DNA from: Desulfocapsa sulfexigens DSM 10523
GTDB taxonomy: Bacteria; Desulfobacterota; Desulfobulbia; Desulfobulbales; Desulfocapsaceae
NCBI RefSeq assembly: GCF_000341395.1
Contig: NC_020304.1
Span: 2,010,001-2,042,000, forward strand
Reading direction: 5' to 3'
Length of the DNA: 32,000 nt
In this document: in pieces, positions 1-9,614 of the stretch
Position numbering within the stretch: the stretch's first letter is position 1
Layout: each line of letters opens with the position of its first letter
Translations under genes and position numbers: made by a program
Notes under the pieces: model-generated
Databases searched by the model: none
What the model was told of the DNA's origin: nothing
The model's input: the letters and a program-made list of their open reading frames with translations, nothing else

Positions 1-1832
1 ATGCTAACGGTATCGTTTAAACTTTGAGGGTCGGGAAGCGCAGAGGAGTAGACAGACTTGGGCAAAGAGCCACACATAAAAGACATGAAATCAATGAAAT
101 GACAAACTTCGCCAAGAATTCGTCCTCCACCAATTGTACCATCCTGGATCCAGGAGTCAGCGGGAATGGAACCAGCGCTGACCCGGTAGAGCATAGACAT
201 GGAACCACTGCCAAGCTTATCTTTCATGATCTGGACAAGTGGAGCAAAACGACGGTTAAATCCTACCATTAAGTGACTGTCACCAGTTGCGGCATTTTCT
301 ATCTCAGCCAGTTCTCCAAGGGTCAGACAGAGGGGTTTTTCCACGAAAACGTTTTTAGCAGTTTGCAGCGCTTCCAATACATATTCAGCATGACTGTTGT
401 GCCGGGTGGAGATGAAGACAGTGTTTATTTCCGTATTGCCAAAGATATCTGCTTTGTCAGAAGTACAGAATTCAAAGGAAAACTTCTCTGCAACCGTTTT
501 TGAGGTGGTACCGGATGAGGTCATTACCCCTTTATTGACAATATCAGAGTCGTTCCCAGGGATATTGGGTAATAAGCTTCCTTGGGCGTAACTTCCTGCA
601 CCGATAAAAGCCAATCCTATTTTCCCGGCAGCCTTTACCGGGGCTACAGGGATCTTTTCTCTCTTAAGTGGCTTTTTCACATCATATTTAATAAGGATTC
701 CAAGGAAGGGCTCACTGCGGTTAACCACCATGTCGTAAGCCTCAGGTGCATCCTCCAGCGAGAATTCATGGGTGGTTAGAAAGTCCAGATTGATCTTTTC
801 TGTACGGATGAGTTCCTGAAAAGCTGCCATATTACGATTTTCCGTCCAGCGAACATAGGCAGCAGGGTAATCAATCCCTTTTTCTTCATAATTGATATCA
901 TATCGCCCAGGACCGTAGGAACATGACATGCGAATATCCAGTTCTTTACGATAGTAATATGGATCCCGGTCAAACCCTGTGGGAACAGCACCAGAAACAA
1001 TGACTTTACCCTTCTTTCTAGCAATCTCACCGGCAAAGTTGATTGGCCCTAGACTATCTGTTGCGGCAGTAATAATAACAGCATCACAACCAAGGCCACT
1101 GGTAAATGCCGAAATGGAATCAGCCACACCTGTCTCTCCAAGAGCAAAGGCCAGATCGGCACAATTTTCCCGGGCCCGTTTAACTGCAGACTGATCAACA
1201 TCCAGACCAATTACCCGTATCCCTGAAGCCTGCAAAAACAAACACGACAGTTGGCCAAGCAAACCAAGGCCTATAACCGCACATGTCTCTCCAAGCCTCA
1301 GGTCGGCCTGACGAACCCCCTGCATAGCAATGGCACCAAGGGTGTTATATGCAGCTTGTTTCAGCAGTTTGTCTCCTCGCGCCTCACTCCTTTCACCTTT
1401 CACGTCCCCATTTACCTTGACGCATAAGTTTTTTGGTACAGATACAATCTCGGCATGATTGGCGGATAAACCACCGCAGGCAACTACATCACCAATTTGG
1501 AATTCTGTTATGTCAGGTGCAACATCAATGACTTCCCCGACACAGGAGTAACCAAGGGGGGAGTAAGCATCGAGTTTTTTCATGACAGCTCGATACGTTT
1601 GTACCGGCCCTTGGGTTTTTAATACATCGATAACCTGTTTAACCTGTTGGGGTCTTTCTTTGGCTTTGCCGATAAGGCCTTTTCGTGCAGTTTTGACAGT
1701 ACTGCCTTCGGTGCCCGCACTTATGAGGGAGTAGTGGTTACGAACCAATATACAACCCGAGGAGAGTGACGGCCAAGGGACTTCGATTGTTTTCATGTTG
1801 CCGTCTTTTAGTTTTTGGGCGAGTTGTTGCAT
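1..1832 (-). CDS. Bi-domain oxidoreductase: zinc-type alcohol dehydrogenase domain fused to a Gfo/Idh/MocA domain (C-terminus beyond left edge)
   Basis: Manual minus-strand translation from the ATG at 1832: MQQLAQKLKDGNMKTIEVPWPSLSSGCILVRNHYSLISAGTEGSTVKTARKGLIGKAKERPQQVKQVIDVLK...; middle: AVIGLGLLGQLSCLFLQASG and RMSCSYGPGRYDINYEEKGIDYPAAYVRWTENRNM; same frame near the edge: ENAATGDSHLMVGFNRRFA and LVQIMKDKLGSGSMSMLYRV. The frame is open at position 1, which explains why it is missing from the ORF track. Confidence 0.9.
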   Translation of the reverse strand, partial: MQQLAQKLKDGNMKTIEVPWPSLSSGCILVRNHYSLISAGTEGSTVKTARKGLIGKAKERPQQVKQVIDVLKTQGPVQTYRAVMKKLDAYSPLGYSCVGEVIDVAPDITEFQIGDVVACGGLSANHAEIVSVPKNLCVKVNGDVKGERSEARGDKLLKQAAYNTLGAIAMQGVRQADLRLGETCAVIGLGLLGQLSCLFLQASGIRVIGLDVDQSAVKRARENCADLAFALGETGVADSISAFTSGLGCDAVIITAATDSLGPINFAGEIARKKGKVIVSGAVPTGFDRDPYYYRKELDIRMSCSYGPGRYDINYEEKGIDYPAAYVRWTENRNMAAFQELIRTEKINLDFLTTHEFSLEDAPEAYDMVVNRSEPFLGILIKYDVKKPLKREKIPVAPVKAAGKIGLAFIGAGSYAQGSLLPNIPGNDSDIVNKGVMTSSGTTSKTVAEKFSFEFCTSDKADIFGNTEINTVFISTRHNSHAEYVLEALQTAKNVFVEKPLCLTLGELAEIENAATGDSHLMVGFNRRFAPLVQIMKDKLGSGSMSMLYRVSAGSIPADSWIQDGTIGGGRILGEVCHFIDFMSFMCGSLPKSVYSSALPDPQSLNDTVS

Positions 1833-1855
1833 TGAGCGAGGTTCCCGAATAAAAA

Positions 1856-3040
1856 TTATTTTAGTAAATCATCTATTTTTTCAAATAATACATCACGAGA
1901 AAAGGAATTTCTAATTTGAATGACTGCCTTGCTTTTATTGATTATGTCCTCAACAGTGAGAGAATCTAGCAGCTGAGACACACTTTCCTTGTTAAAAGAA
2001 CAAGACCATCCAATTTGGTGCTCTAGGACAAACTGTGAGCTGTCAAAATCACCCAGCACAAGTATTGGTATGCCAGAAGCGACATAATCAAATACCTTGT
2101 TTGGGATAGATGGTGATATCATTGGGACAACACCAATATGCATCCTTTGAAGAATTGTTGGAACTTCCTCTGGTGCAACTTTACCAGTTATTGAGACGTT
2201 ATTAATCTTATATTGTTCAATAAGCTGAGTAATCTCTTGATACCTGTCGCCCGTCCCGTCTTCACCGACAATACTGAAATGGAATTTGGTATCACCTTTA
2301 ATTGCTTCTACAATGGGCGAACAGTCAATCTGGTGTTGCAATTTGGCTACGCAAACCAGCTTTATTTGTTCTCCATTATGCAATGGCTTCATCGCAGAAT
2401 CCACAGGCCACCGTGCTCTATCGTATCCTAAAGGAATGAATATTGATTTTTTCCCTGGTGCATATCTGTTAAGCCAGTTAGTAAATGATGGGGCAGTATG
2501 AATAAATAAATTAATAAATCTGAGCGATGGGTAAAGGAGTAAATTGCAGTATGAGTAGAATGCTATTTTCTTGATTCGCTGTGTGGGCGGGAGCATGTCA
2601 GGCCATACATCCTGGATATCAAGTAATACTGTATTCTTTTTTAAAATTCTTAGTATTGCAGCCGCGAAAATCATTTCCACGGGTCTTGATGGAAGGATGA
2701 GAGCAGTTTTTTTATTAAGACGTGGTAATAGGTAAAAGAAAAACTTCAATGACAATAGAATGTTAGATATGATCCGGCGTGGGGAAATATTTGACTGGTA
2801 GCCCAGGCATTTCATTACAGTCAGATGATATGGTGCACGATCCTCGGCCTCACCTATTTCTTCGTTACTAAACCATCGTTTTTCTGCATGATAGAAATCA
2901 GAAGTGAGATATTCCAATTCATGCCCATGGTTGACAAGAAATAATGCTAGAGCAGGATGACGGTTCCCTCTTTTAGTTAGAAGAGATTCTGTTGGGCCAA
3001 CAATGAATATCCTCTTGTGTCGTGAATCCGGTTTATTCAT
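1856..3040 (-). CDS. GT4-type glycosyltransferase
   Basis: 394-aa ORF; motifs VCVAKLQHQID, PEEVPTILQRMHIGVVPMI and KVFDYVASGIPILVLG are typical of GT-B/GT4 enzymes. Confidence 0.85.
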   Translation of the reverse strand: MNKPDSRHKRIFIVGPTESLLTKRGNRHPALALFLVNHGHELEYLTSDFYHAEKRWFSNEEIGEAEDRAPYHLTVMKCLGYQSNISPRRIISNILLSLKFFFYLLPRLNKKTALILPSRPVEMIFAAAILRILKKNTVLLDIQDVWPDMLPPTQRIKKIAFYSYCNLLLYPSLRFINLFIHTAPSFTNWLNRYAPGKKSIFIPLGYDRARWPVDSAMKPLHNGEQIKLVCVAKLQHQIDCSPIVEAIKGDTKFHFSIVGEDGTGDRYQEITQLIEQYKINNVSITGKVAPEEVPTILQRMHIGVVPMISPSIPNKVFDYVASGIPILVLGDFDSSQFVLEHQIGWSCSFNKESVSQLLDSLTVEDIINKSKAVIQIRNSFSRDVLFEKIDDLLK

Positions 3041-4148
3041 CTACTAAACTCTGATAGAGCGTTGCGAACTGCTCAGTAATAATTTCTGTAGTGTAGTGAT
3101 TTTTAGCGTCTTCTTGGATTTTTTGACGGCAATTTCTGATCTCTTCAATATTATCACAAGCCCAAGCCATTGTTTCCGCTAAGTGATGATGATCTCTGCA
3201 GCGGACAATTTTACCATTTTTGCCAGCAACAATAATATCTCTCAACGCACCAACATCAGTTGAGATGATAAACAGGCCAGCTCCCAGTGCTTCCAGCACA
3301 CTAGTAGGGCATCCTTCCGTCCACGATGGGAATACATAAATATCGCTGTCTGCAAAGGCTTGATATTTTTCCTTCCCTTCCAAACGTCCGGTGAAATGGA
3401 AACGATTTCCGAGATTGTATTCCTTGATTTTGGATTTATAGTCCTCCACGACTCCTTTACGATCCCCGTGTCCAACCATAAGGAATTCAAAGTCGAGATT
3501 TTTGTCGGCCAAGAGTTTGGCTGCATCAATCAGCTCGCCAATACCCTTTAAATGAGAAAGGCGACCAAGGAACAAAAAGCGAGGTCGTTTTTTAGATCGA
3601 TCTTTTGCAGGCAGGATCTCATCTGCAACATACATAGTGGTGGTGACCTTTATTGAATCAGGGCACCATCCAAACTCTACCAGATCTTCCTTGAAATGAG
3701 AGGCAAGTACCATTGTAACATCCGCCCTGCCATAGACAAACTGGAATATTTTCCGAATAAATGATCTTTTTTTAAACATACTGACGATATCTTCTTTCCA
3801 GCCGCGGTAAAAAACAACTACTCGGCGACTTAGTAACTTGGCTGCCATTACAATAAAGGCATCACGCACCAAGGGCACTGGGATGAGTGACGGACTTACC
3901 TGGACGATGAGGATATCTTTATCTGACAAAAGTCTCCCAAAAAATCGAAATAAATCAAAACAGTAGAATACTGGATACAGAATAAGTTTTTTCCATGGGG
4001 AATAAAAATGTTCCATTCGGGAACCGAAGGTTAAATGCACAAGAGATATAGTGTCACTTCTAAAGTGTTTCAAAAAAGTACGGTAGTAATTGACAACGCC
4101 TCCTTCGTGATTCAAGGGATTTGTGGTGATTAGAACTTTGTGTGTCAT
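3033..4148 (-). CDS. GT4-type glycosyltransferase
   Basis: 371-aa ORF with RFLFLGRLSHLKGIGELIDAAKLL, KYQAFADSDIYVFPSWTEGCPTSVLEALGAGLFIISTDVGALRDIV; overlaps the next gene by 8 nt. Confidence 0.92.
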   Translation of the reverse strand: MTHKVLITTNPLNHEGGVVNYYRTFLKHFRSDTISLVHLTFGSRMEHFYSPWKKLILYPVFYCFDLFRFFGRLLSDKDILIVQVSPSLIPVPLVRDAFIVMAAKLLSRRVVVFYRGWKEDIVSMFKKRSFIRKIFQFVYGRADVTMVLASHFKEDLVEFGWCPDSIKVTTTMYVADEILPAKDRSKKRPRFLFLGRLSHLKGIGELIDAAKLLADKNLDFEFLMVGHGDRKGVVEDYKSKIKEYNLGNRFHFTGRLEGKEKYQAFADSDIYVFPSWTEGCPTSVLEALGAGLFIISTDVGALRDIIVAGKNGKIVRCRDHHHLAETMAWACDNIEEIRNCRQKIQEDAKNHYTTEIITEQFATLYQSLVDE

Positions 4149-4149
4149 A

Positions 4150-5310
4150 CTAGGGTGTTACTTGCGGTGTGGCGGAAATGTTTTTACGAGTGTCTAATAG
4201 TTTGATTAACGTTTCCACACGCAAATTGCATAAATAATTTTGGCAAAACGTTCCTGGTTCAAAGATCCATTTCTCAGAATGTTTATCCCATATCATTCTT
4301 CCAGTTTGATTATCAACGCGACATATCTCACGGGAGCCAGATTGCCCAAAGATAGCTTGCAACTCGTTAACAAAAAGTCGGCCATCTGACGTTAGAAAAA
4401 TATCAATGTTCATGCTCATAAACTTTCCGATGTCTGTTATCTTTTTGGTGAGATGCAGAACCTCGTCAGGCGGTTGACCGTAAAAAAAACGTTTTGACCC
4501 ACTATGCAAACCATTGCAGGAACCTTTTTCGTATCCGAAGAAAGAATTGCCTATTCGAACTGTTCTCCATTCACGAACATCTTGTAAGTATTCTTGGAGA
4601 AAGACACTTCCAAATTCGCGGTCATTTCTAATACGGCGATATGTTGAGTAGCCTTTTGAAAAACAATGTGTTATGTGCCTTTGAAGTGAGCCTCGATTGT
4701 CAAATATTATAACTCCAGAAGCACCTGATCCCATATTGCTTTTGAATATAATAGGGAGATTGCATTGTGAGGCGAAGTCAATGGCGTATTTTTTATTATA
4801 GAACACCCAACTTTTTGGGTGCGGTATATTATGAGCATCTAACCAATAATGCATTCGCCTTTTGCTCTCCCATATCCAAAGAGCTTCAGGGTCAGGAAAA
4901 ATAATACGCGGATCAATTGCAGAAAAAATCCGGAGTTTTTCATCGTACATTTCCTTCCACGTTTTATACTGTACAGATGGTCTACAAAGAAAAGCATCAC
5001 AGCCAGATTTTTTCAAAACATCAAGCCAATCAGGTCCTGAGATATCTATAATTTTATAAGATACATTTAAGTCACGGCAGGCAGCTATGAAAGGCCAGTG
5101 TAAATGCCAAAACTCTTTAATTATGCCAAACTGATATTTACTGTCCCCAGGAGCAAGCCACTCTTGTGACTCGTTGCGGTAAGGATTTTCTTCTCGCCAT
5201 TTTTCTCCTCTAGCAGAGAAGGTTGCAGGGTGCTGAAGAAGGAAATTCCTAATTGGAGGTGGCATTAGATGCCGAATATTCTTTGCAATTATAGTTTTGT
5301 AACTGAGCAT
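4150..5310 (-). CDS. ATP-grasp (RimK-like) family protein, putative carboxylate-amine ligase
   Basis: 386-aa ORF; KRRMHYWLDAHNIPHPKSWVF, LPIIFKSNMGSGASGVIIF, VFLQEYLQDVREWRTVRIGNSFFGYEK and LFVNELQAIFGQ match the order of ATP-grasp motifs. Confidence 0.75.
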   Translation of the reverse strand: MLSYKTIIAKNIRHLMPPPIRNFLLQHPATFSARGEKWREENPYRNESQEWLAPGDSKYQFGIIKEFWHLHWPFIAACRDLNVSYKIIDISGPDWLDVLKKSGCDAFLCRPSVQYKTWKEMYDEKLRIFSAIDPRIIFPDPEALWIWESKRRMHYWLDAHNIPHPKSWVFYNKKYAIDFASQCNLPIIFKSNMGSGASGVIIFDNRGSLQRHITHCFSKGYSTYRRIRNDREFGSVFLQEYLQDVREWRTVRIGNSFFGYEKGSCNGLHSGSKRFFYGQPPDEVLHLTKKITDIGKFMSMNIDIFLTSDGRLFVNELQAIFGQSGSREICRVDNQTGRMIWDKHSEKWIFEPGTFCQNYLCNLRVETLIKLLDTRKNISATPQVTP

Positions 5311-7257
5311 TTACAAGCCTCTGTATGAGTTGTTGGATGTGTCTAAAAAAATTTGAGCCCAGATTTCAAAAGCCACAGCTATCCATATTTTTCGCCCGTT
5401 CTTTTGCCCTGACATCTTGAGTTGTGTCCACCAATTGCGCACAGTTGTTTCTTGAAATACCCCTCGATTCTTAATTCCTGGTAGGATGCATTGCTCCATG
5501 TAGTCCGTAAAATATTGTGTCTTAAAGAATTCTTCTAGCGGCAGAGGGAAGCCACATTTCGTTCTGTACGCAAAGTTGTTGTCAAATGTTTGTTCTGCCA
5601 GTTTTTTGAGGATTTTCTTTGTGTTTTTACTATAGCCGTTTTTGAATTGTAAGGAGTCCCCAACAAGGTAGTCAACCGGGAGCGAGTATACAAAGTCAAC
5701 AAGTTTTCGATCAAGGAATGGAACGCGATTTTCCATAGAGTGTGCCATGGTCATTTTGTCTTGTCTTACTAAAAGATCCACCATGTAAGTTTGCATGTCA
5801 TATTTCAAGCACTGTTTTATTATCCGTCCGCTGTCGAATCGCCCAAGAAGATTTTGACGCTTTCCTAATGTTTTATTCCAATCCATTTCTGGGCGTAACT
5901 TTTTAAGATCATCAAAAGATAGAGTAGCAGATGCTAGTATGAAAGCATCCTCTGGTGAAAGAGATGTGTTAAATTTTCTTGCTAATCGGCCACCAAGTCC
6001 CGGAATAAGTTGCAGCCCTGGAAGTAATGGTGTAAATCTTGAGCGCAATGCTACATCGTAGTAGCGACTGTAGCCTCCAAAAAGCTCGTCAGCACCCTCT
6101 CCACTAAGCAGTACTGTTACTATATCTTTCGATTTTTCGGCTAGAAGGTAGATACCAAGTGAGTTTGGCAGGTTTAATGGTTGATCAAGGTGCCAAGTTG
6201 CTTTGTCGAATGATGTGATGATATCTGAAACGCCCATCATGTACCGATGACTATGAACATTGCATTTAGCAGCGGCCTGAGAAATCCATTTATCTTCTGA
6301 GAATTCATTGTCTTGGAAGACTATAGAAAATGTTTCAAGGTCTGCACCAAAGTTTCTCCGCGCATATGCAGTTACAAGAGAAGAATCTATACCGCCAGAC
6401 AACTGGCACCCTAATTTCACGTCACTTATTAGCTGTCGTTCAACACTTTCTCCAAGTAGTTGATCCAGTTTGTTTAGAATAGCAGTCTCATCTAATGAGA
6501 TATCATAGTTTTTTGTACCTATTTCCCAGTACTGCTTTTTGGTAATACCATTGGAAGAAATGCGTAGAAAATATCCTGGTTGTAATTGTTTGACATTCTT
6601 CAGTAAGAAATCCTCATCAGCACAATAACGAAAAGTTAAGTATTCATCTACATGTGACCTATCAAGTTCTGCTCTAAAATCTGGATGTTCGAGGAACGAT
6701 TTAACCTCTGAAGAAAATAATACTGTGTTACCTTGTTTCACCCAATATAATGGTTTAATGCCAAAATGGTCTCTTGCTAGAAAAATTTCCCGCTTATTTA
6801 GATCCACAATACAAATTGCAAACATACCATTTAATCTATCAAGCATCGCTTCAAATCCGATGTGCTCATAGAGGTATAGAACTACTTCGGTGTCCGTTTT
6901 ACTCCGGAAAGTATACCCTGCGGCAGATAACTCTTTTTGGTAATCAAAGGCGTTGTATATTTCGCCATTAAAAGCAATAAAAATACTCCCATCATGGTTA
7001 CACATGGGCTGATGACCATCTGAAGATAGATCAAGAATTGATAGTCTGTTGAATCCGAGTCCTCCCTCGAAAGAACCATTCTTTTTTTTTTCTGTTTTTT
7101 TGGGGGACATTTCGCAGGAAGTTTGATGGGTAAGAGAAAACATTCTTATACCACTATCATCAGGCCCACGATGCTGTTGGCTGATTGTCATCCTTTTTAG
7201 TACGGCGGGGCTACATGGGGCACCGTTTAAATTATAGATCCCTAGAATTCCACACAT
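5311..7257 (-). CDS. asnB: Asparagine synthase (glutamine-hydrolysing)-like amidotransferase
   Basis: 648-aa ORF beginning MCGILGIYN (Ntn Cys2 glutaminase) with QHRGPDDSG, FNGEIYN, LARDHFGIKPLYW, KLGCQLSGGIDSSLVTAYA and LLSGEGADELFGGYSRY. Confidence 0.95.
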   Translation of the reverse strand: MCGILGIYNLNGAPCSPAVLKRMTISQQHRGPDDSGIRMFSLTHQTSCEMSPKKTEKKKNGSFEGGLGFNRLSILDLSSDGHQPMCNHDGSIFIAFNGEIYNAFDYQKELSAAGYTFRSKTDTEVVLYLYEHIGFEAMLDRLNGMFAICIVDLNKREIFLARDHFGIKPLYWVKQGNTVLFSSEVKSFLEHPDFRAELDRSHVDEYLTFRYCADEDFLLKNVKQLQPGYFLRISSNGITKKQYWEIGTKNYDISLDETAILNKLDQLLGESVERQLISDVKLGCQLSGGIDSSLVTAYARRNFGADLETFSIVFQDNEFSEDKWISQAAAKCNVHSHRYMMGVSDIITSFDKATWHLDQPLNLPNSLGIYLLAEKSKDIVTVLLSGEGADELFGGYSRYYDVALRSRFTPLLPGLQLIPGLGGRLARKFNTSLSPEDAFILASATLSFDDLKKLRPEMDWNKTLGKRQNLLGRFDSGRIIKQCLKYDMQTYMVDLLVRQDKMTMAHSMENRVPFLDRKLVDFVYSLPVDYLVGDSLQFKNGYSKNTKKILKKLAEQTFDNNFAYRTKCGFPLPLEEFFKTQYFTDYMEQCILPGIKNRGVFQETTVRNWWTQLKMSGQKNGRKIWIAVAFEIWAQIFLDTSNNSYRGL

Positions 7258-7318
7258 ATTATTGGCGCCTATTGTATTGCTGTTGAAATAGGGAAGATTT
7301 TCCCCAGTTATTTTTTAA

Positions 7319-8362
7319 TTAGACTATGTCATTGTGTTTATAAAATTGCAATGTGCGGTTATCTAGTAGTAAGCCACCATGACACTGTAAGACATCTGGG
7401 TCCGGATGATGGTTGCCTTCAATGGCACAAATCCCATCATCGGTTAACAATATATCCCAACCGATACACTTTAGATAAGATAGATGGCCAGCAGCCTGTA
7501 ACAATTGTTCTTTGACTTCATTCCATTTTGGAACTGAGCAATCTTTTATAGGCGCCCCAGTGTCCGGATGTGATTCATACCATTTGAGAGATGGTGTATG
7601 AGGGTGCGTGGCGGCTGAACTCAGGTTGCCAGTCTTAAAGTCAATCATTGAACTTAATCCTCCTTTGGTGAAATTATCATGAGGAGCTGAGGTCTTGTTG
7701 CCGATTCTTTGGACTGCGCGTGCAATAAAAGGTTTTTTGGTATCTTTGTCTATAAGTGTTACAATTCGCATTGTGTTGGTTGTTGTGGGGTTTAGACTAC
7801 GTGGAAATGTACCTTGTTTTATATATTCTGTGATCAGGTAATTGTTCAGCTGTTCTAACTGAGCTATGAGGTCAGTTTTCTTTATCATTTTACCATTAAT
7901 GAAAATCGTGCCATTTTTTTCTTCCACAAGCATTATTCCATCACCTCCGCCACCAGCTACTGGTTTTAAGATGATAGGGCTTTTGTGGCAGTACTGAAAA
8001 AAATCATTCCATGTGTGCAAACCGGTATCTAAAGATGTAGCTAACAGCTCCCCATTTAGAATCAGGCCGTATGTTTTCGGTACTTTGATATAATCCCCTG
8101 CAATTTTTGCAAATAAAAATTTATTACTTAGGATATCTGTATAGGGATCATTGACCCAACGGGCCATAGAGGCATGAACATCTGATAAGTAATTTTGATA
8201 ACTATTCTTTTTCAAATTATATAAAATATACTTTTCTGCAAGAAAACCACGTTGCCATAGCAAGCATTTTTGATGGATAGGTAAGGGAAAGGAATTTCGT
8301 ATATCTTTAAGAAAGATATTCAGGTAGCTCCGAAGTAAATAGTATTTGGTTTTAACGGTCAT
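7319..8362 (-). CDS. Sugar-transfer-associated ATP-grasp family protein
   Basis: 347-aa ORF; LSNKFLFAKIAGDYIKVPKTYGLI, PIILKPVAGGGGDGIMLVEE, LITEYIKQG, NTMRIVTLID, GWDILLTDDGICAIEGNHHPD. Confidence 0.8.
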   Translation of the reverse strand: MTVKTKYYLLRSYLNIFLKDIRNSFPLPIHQKCLLWQRGFLAEKYILYNLKKNSYQNYLSDVHASMARWVNDPYTDILSNKFLFAKIAGDYIKVPKTYGLILNGELLATSLDTGLHTWNDFFQYCHKSPIILKPVAGGGGDGIMLVEEKNGTIFINGKMIKKTDLIAQLEQLNNYLITEYIKQGTFPRSLNPTTTNTMRIVTLIDKDTKKPFIARAVQRIGNKTSAPHDNFTKGGLSSMIDFKTGNLSSAATHPHTPSLKWYESHPDTGAPIKDCSVPKWNEVKEQLLQAAGHLSYLKCIGWDILLTDDGICAIEGNHHPDPDVLQCHGGLLLDNRTLQFYKHNDIV

Positions 8363-8373
8363 TGGTTCTCTTG

Positions 8374-9603
8374 CTATGTCGCACCAACATATTTTGGGCG
8401 CGATTTTGTAGGTTCATGTGTTTTTCTTAATATTGCTGATGAGTAAGCAATAAGTAATCCAAAATAAAATGCCCCGGGTGCCATTAGATGTCCAGAGTAT
8501 ATATTTACTAAAAACAAAATGACATATCCCATAACCAGAGATGGTGTAAACGGATGACGGATCTTATAGCTTTTCAAAACAAGTATTAACATTTTGATAT
8601 GTAGCCATATTAAGAAACTTATCCCCAGCAAACCGAAATCGTGCATCAGCTGAATCCAGTCACTGTGAGCGTATTTTCCGCTCTTATTCATGATCTCACC
8701 GTAGTATATGTATCCCGTGTACCTTTGTACCGATTGAATACCGAAGCCGAATATGATATTCGATGGTTCGCTATGGATCCAATGGCTTATTAGCATTGAG
8801 TACATCCGGTCTCTGCCCGACCCACTGGTATCCTGGAAGCGCGTTTGGATAGCATCCCAGTTTGTGGCTAGAGCATACGAACTGATGATTGTCAGGATTA
8901 TGAGTACTTTGAGTAGTTTGATGAGTTTTCGTATATTACCATGTATTATTATATAAGTTAATCCGTAAGCAAAAAGAGATAAGACAAGGGCAATCATCGC
9001 TCCTCGTTTAACCGTTAGTAAAATTGCGAAGATGGCCAATGCAAAACCAAAATTTTTCAATCGGGATTTTTCTGTCATAAATAATAGTGGAAGGCACCAG
9101 AGTAAAAGATAGGCGCCTGCATTTTGTCCAGCTTCTGTTTCGGGTAATGTCATAAAATAGATGGTAAAGCCTGCACTGATCAAAATTGTTGAAATGATCA
9201 TTTGTTGCAATTTTTTTTTTGAGAAAATACCTGAAAGAGAAAGTCTATAAGCTACCACTGTTGCAATCAACCAAAAGATAATTCTTATGGAATAATACAG
9301 ATTATCTAGAATATTTAGTGAAAGTGCGGAGTAAATGATATTTAGTGCCGCATAGAAAGTTAGAAGATGGCCAAAGGGGAAATTGAATTTTCGGAATTGG
9401 AAACCTGTGCGTAGGAGATAGATAGAAAGCATGGCAAACAGGAGTGCACGAAGGCTCTTACTGAAAGGAAAATCAACCAGGCCGAGATCATAAAGCCAGT
9501 CCGACAAAACAAGTAGCACTACTCCAACATAAAGGTAGCGCATAGTGAAACGATCCGCTAGAAATTGGTAATTTGTTATCCTGTTTTGCTTGGATGTGGA
9601 CAT
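8374..9603 (-). CDS. wzy: O-antigen polymerase/ligase-like (Wzy_C-type) multispanning membrane protein
   Basis: 409-aa hydrophobic ORF with VKRGAMIALVLSLFAYG and YAHSDWIQLMHDFGLLGISFLIW, the typical Wzy/WaaL periplasmic-loop motif. Confidence 0.8.
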   Translation of the reverse strand: MSTSKQNRITNYQFLADRFTMRYLYVGVVLLVLSDWLYDLGLVDFPFSKSLRALLFAMLSIYLLRTGFQFRKFNFPFGHLLTFYAALNIIYSALSLNILDNLYYSIRIIFWLIATVVAYRLSLSGIFSKKKLQQMIISTILISAGFTIYFMTLPETEAGQNAGAYLLLWCLPLLFMTEKSRLKNFGFALAIFAILLTVKRGAMIALVLSLFAYGLTYIIIHGNIRKLIKLLKVLIILTIISSYALATNWDAIQTRFQDTSGSGRDRMYSMLISHWIHSEPSNIIFGFGIQSVQRYTGYIYYGEIMNKSGKYAHSDWIQLMHDFGLLGISFLIWLHIKMLILVLKSYKIRHPFTPSLVMGYVILFLVNIYSGHLMAPGAFYFGLLIAYSSAILRKTHEPTKSRPKYVGAT

Positions 9604-9614
9604 TGTTGTCTTAA

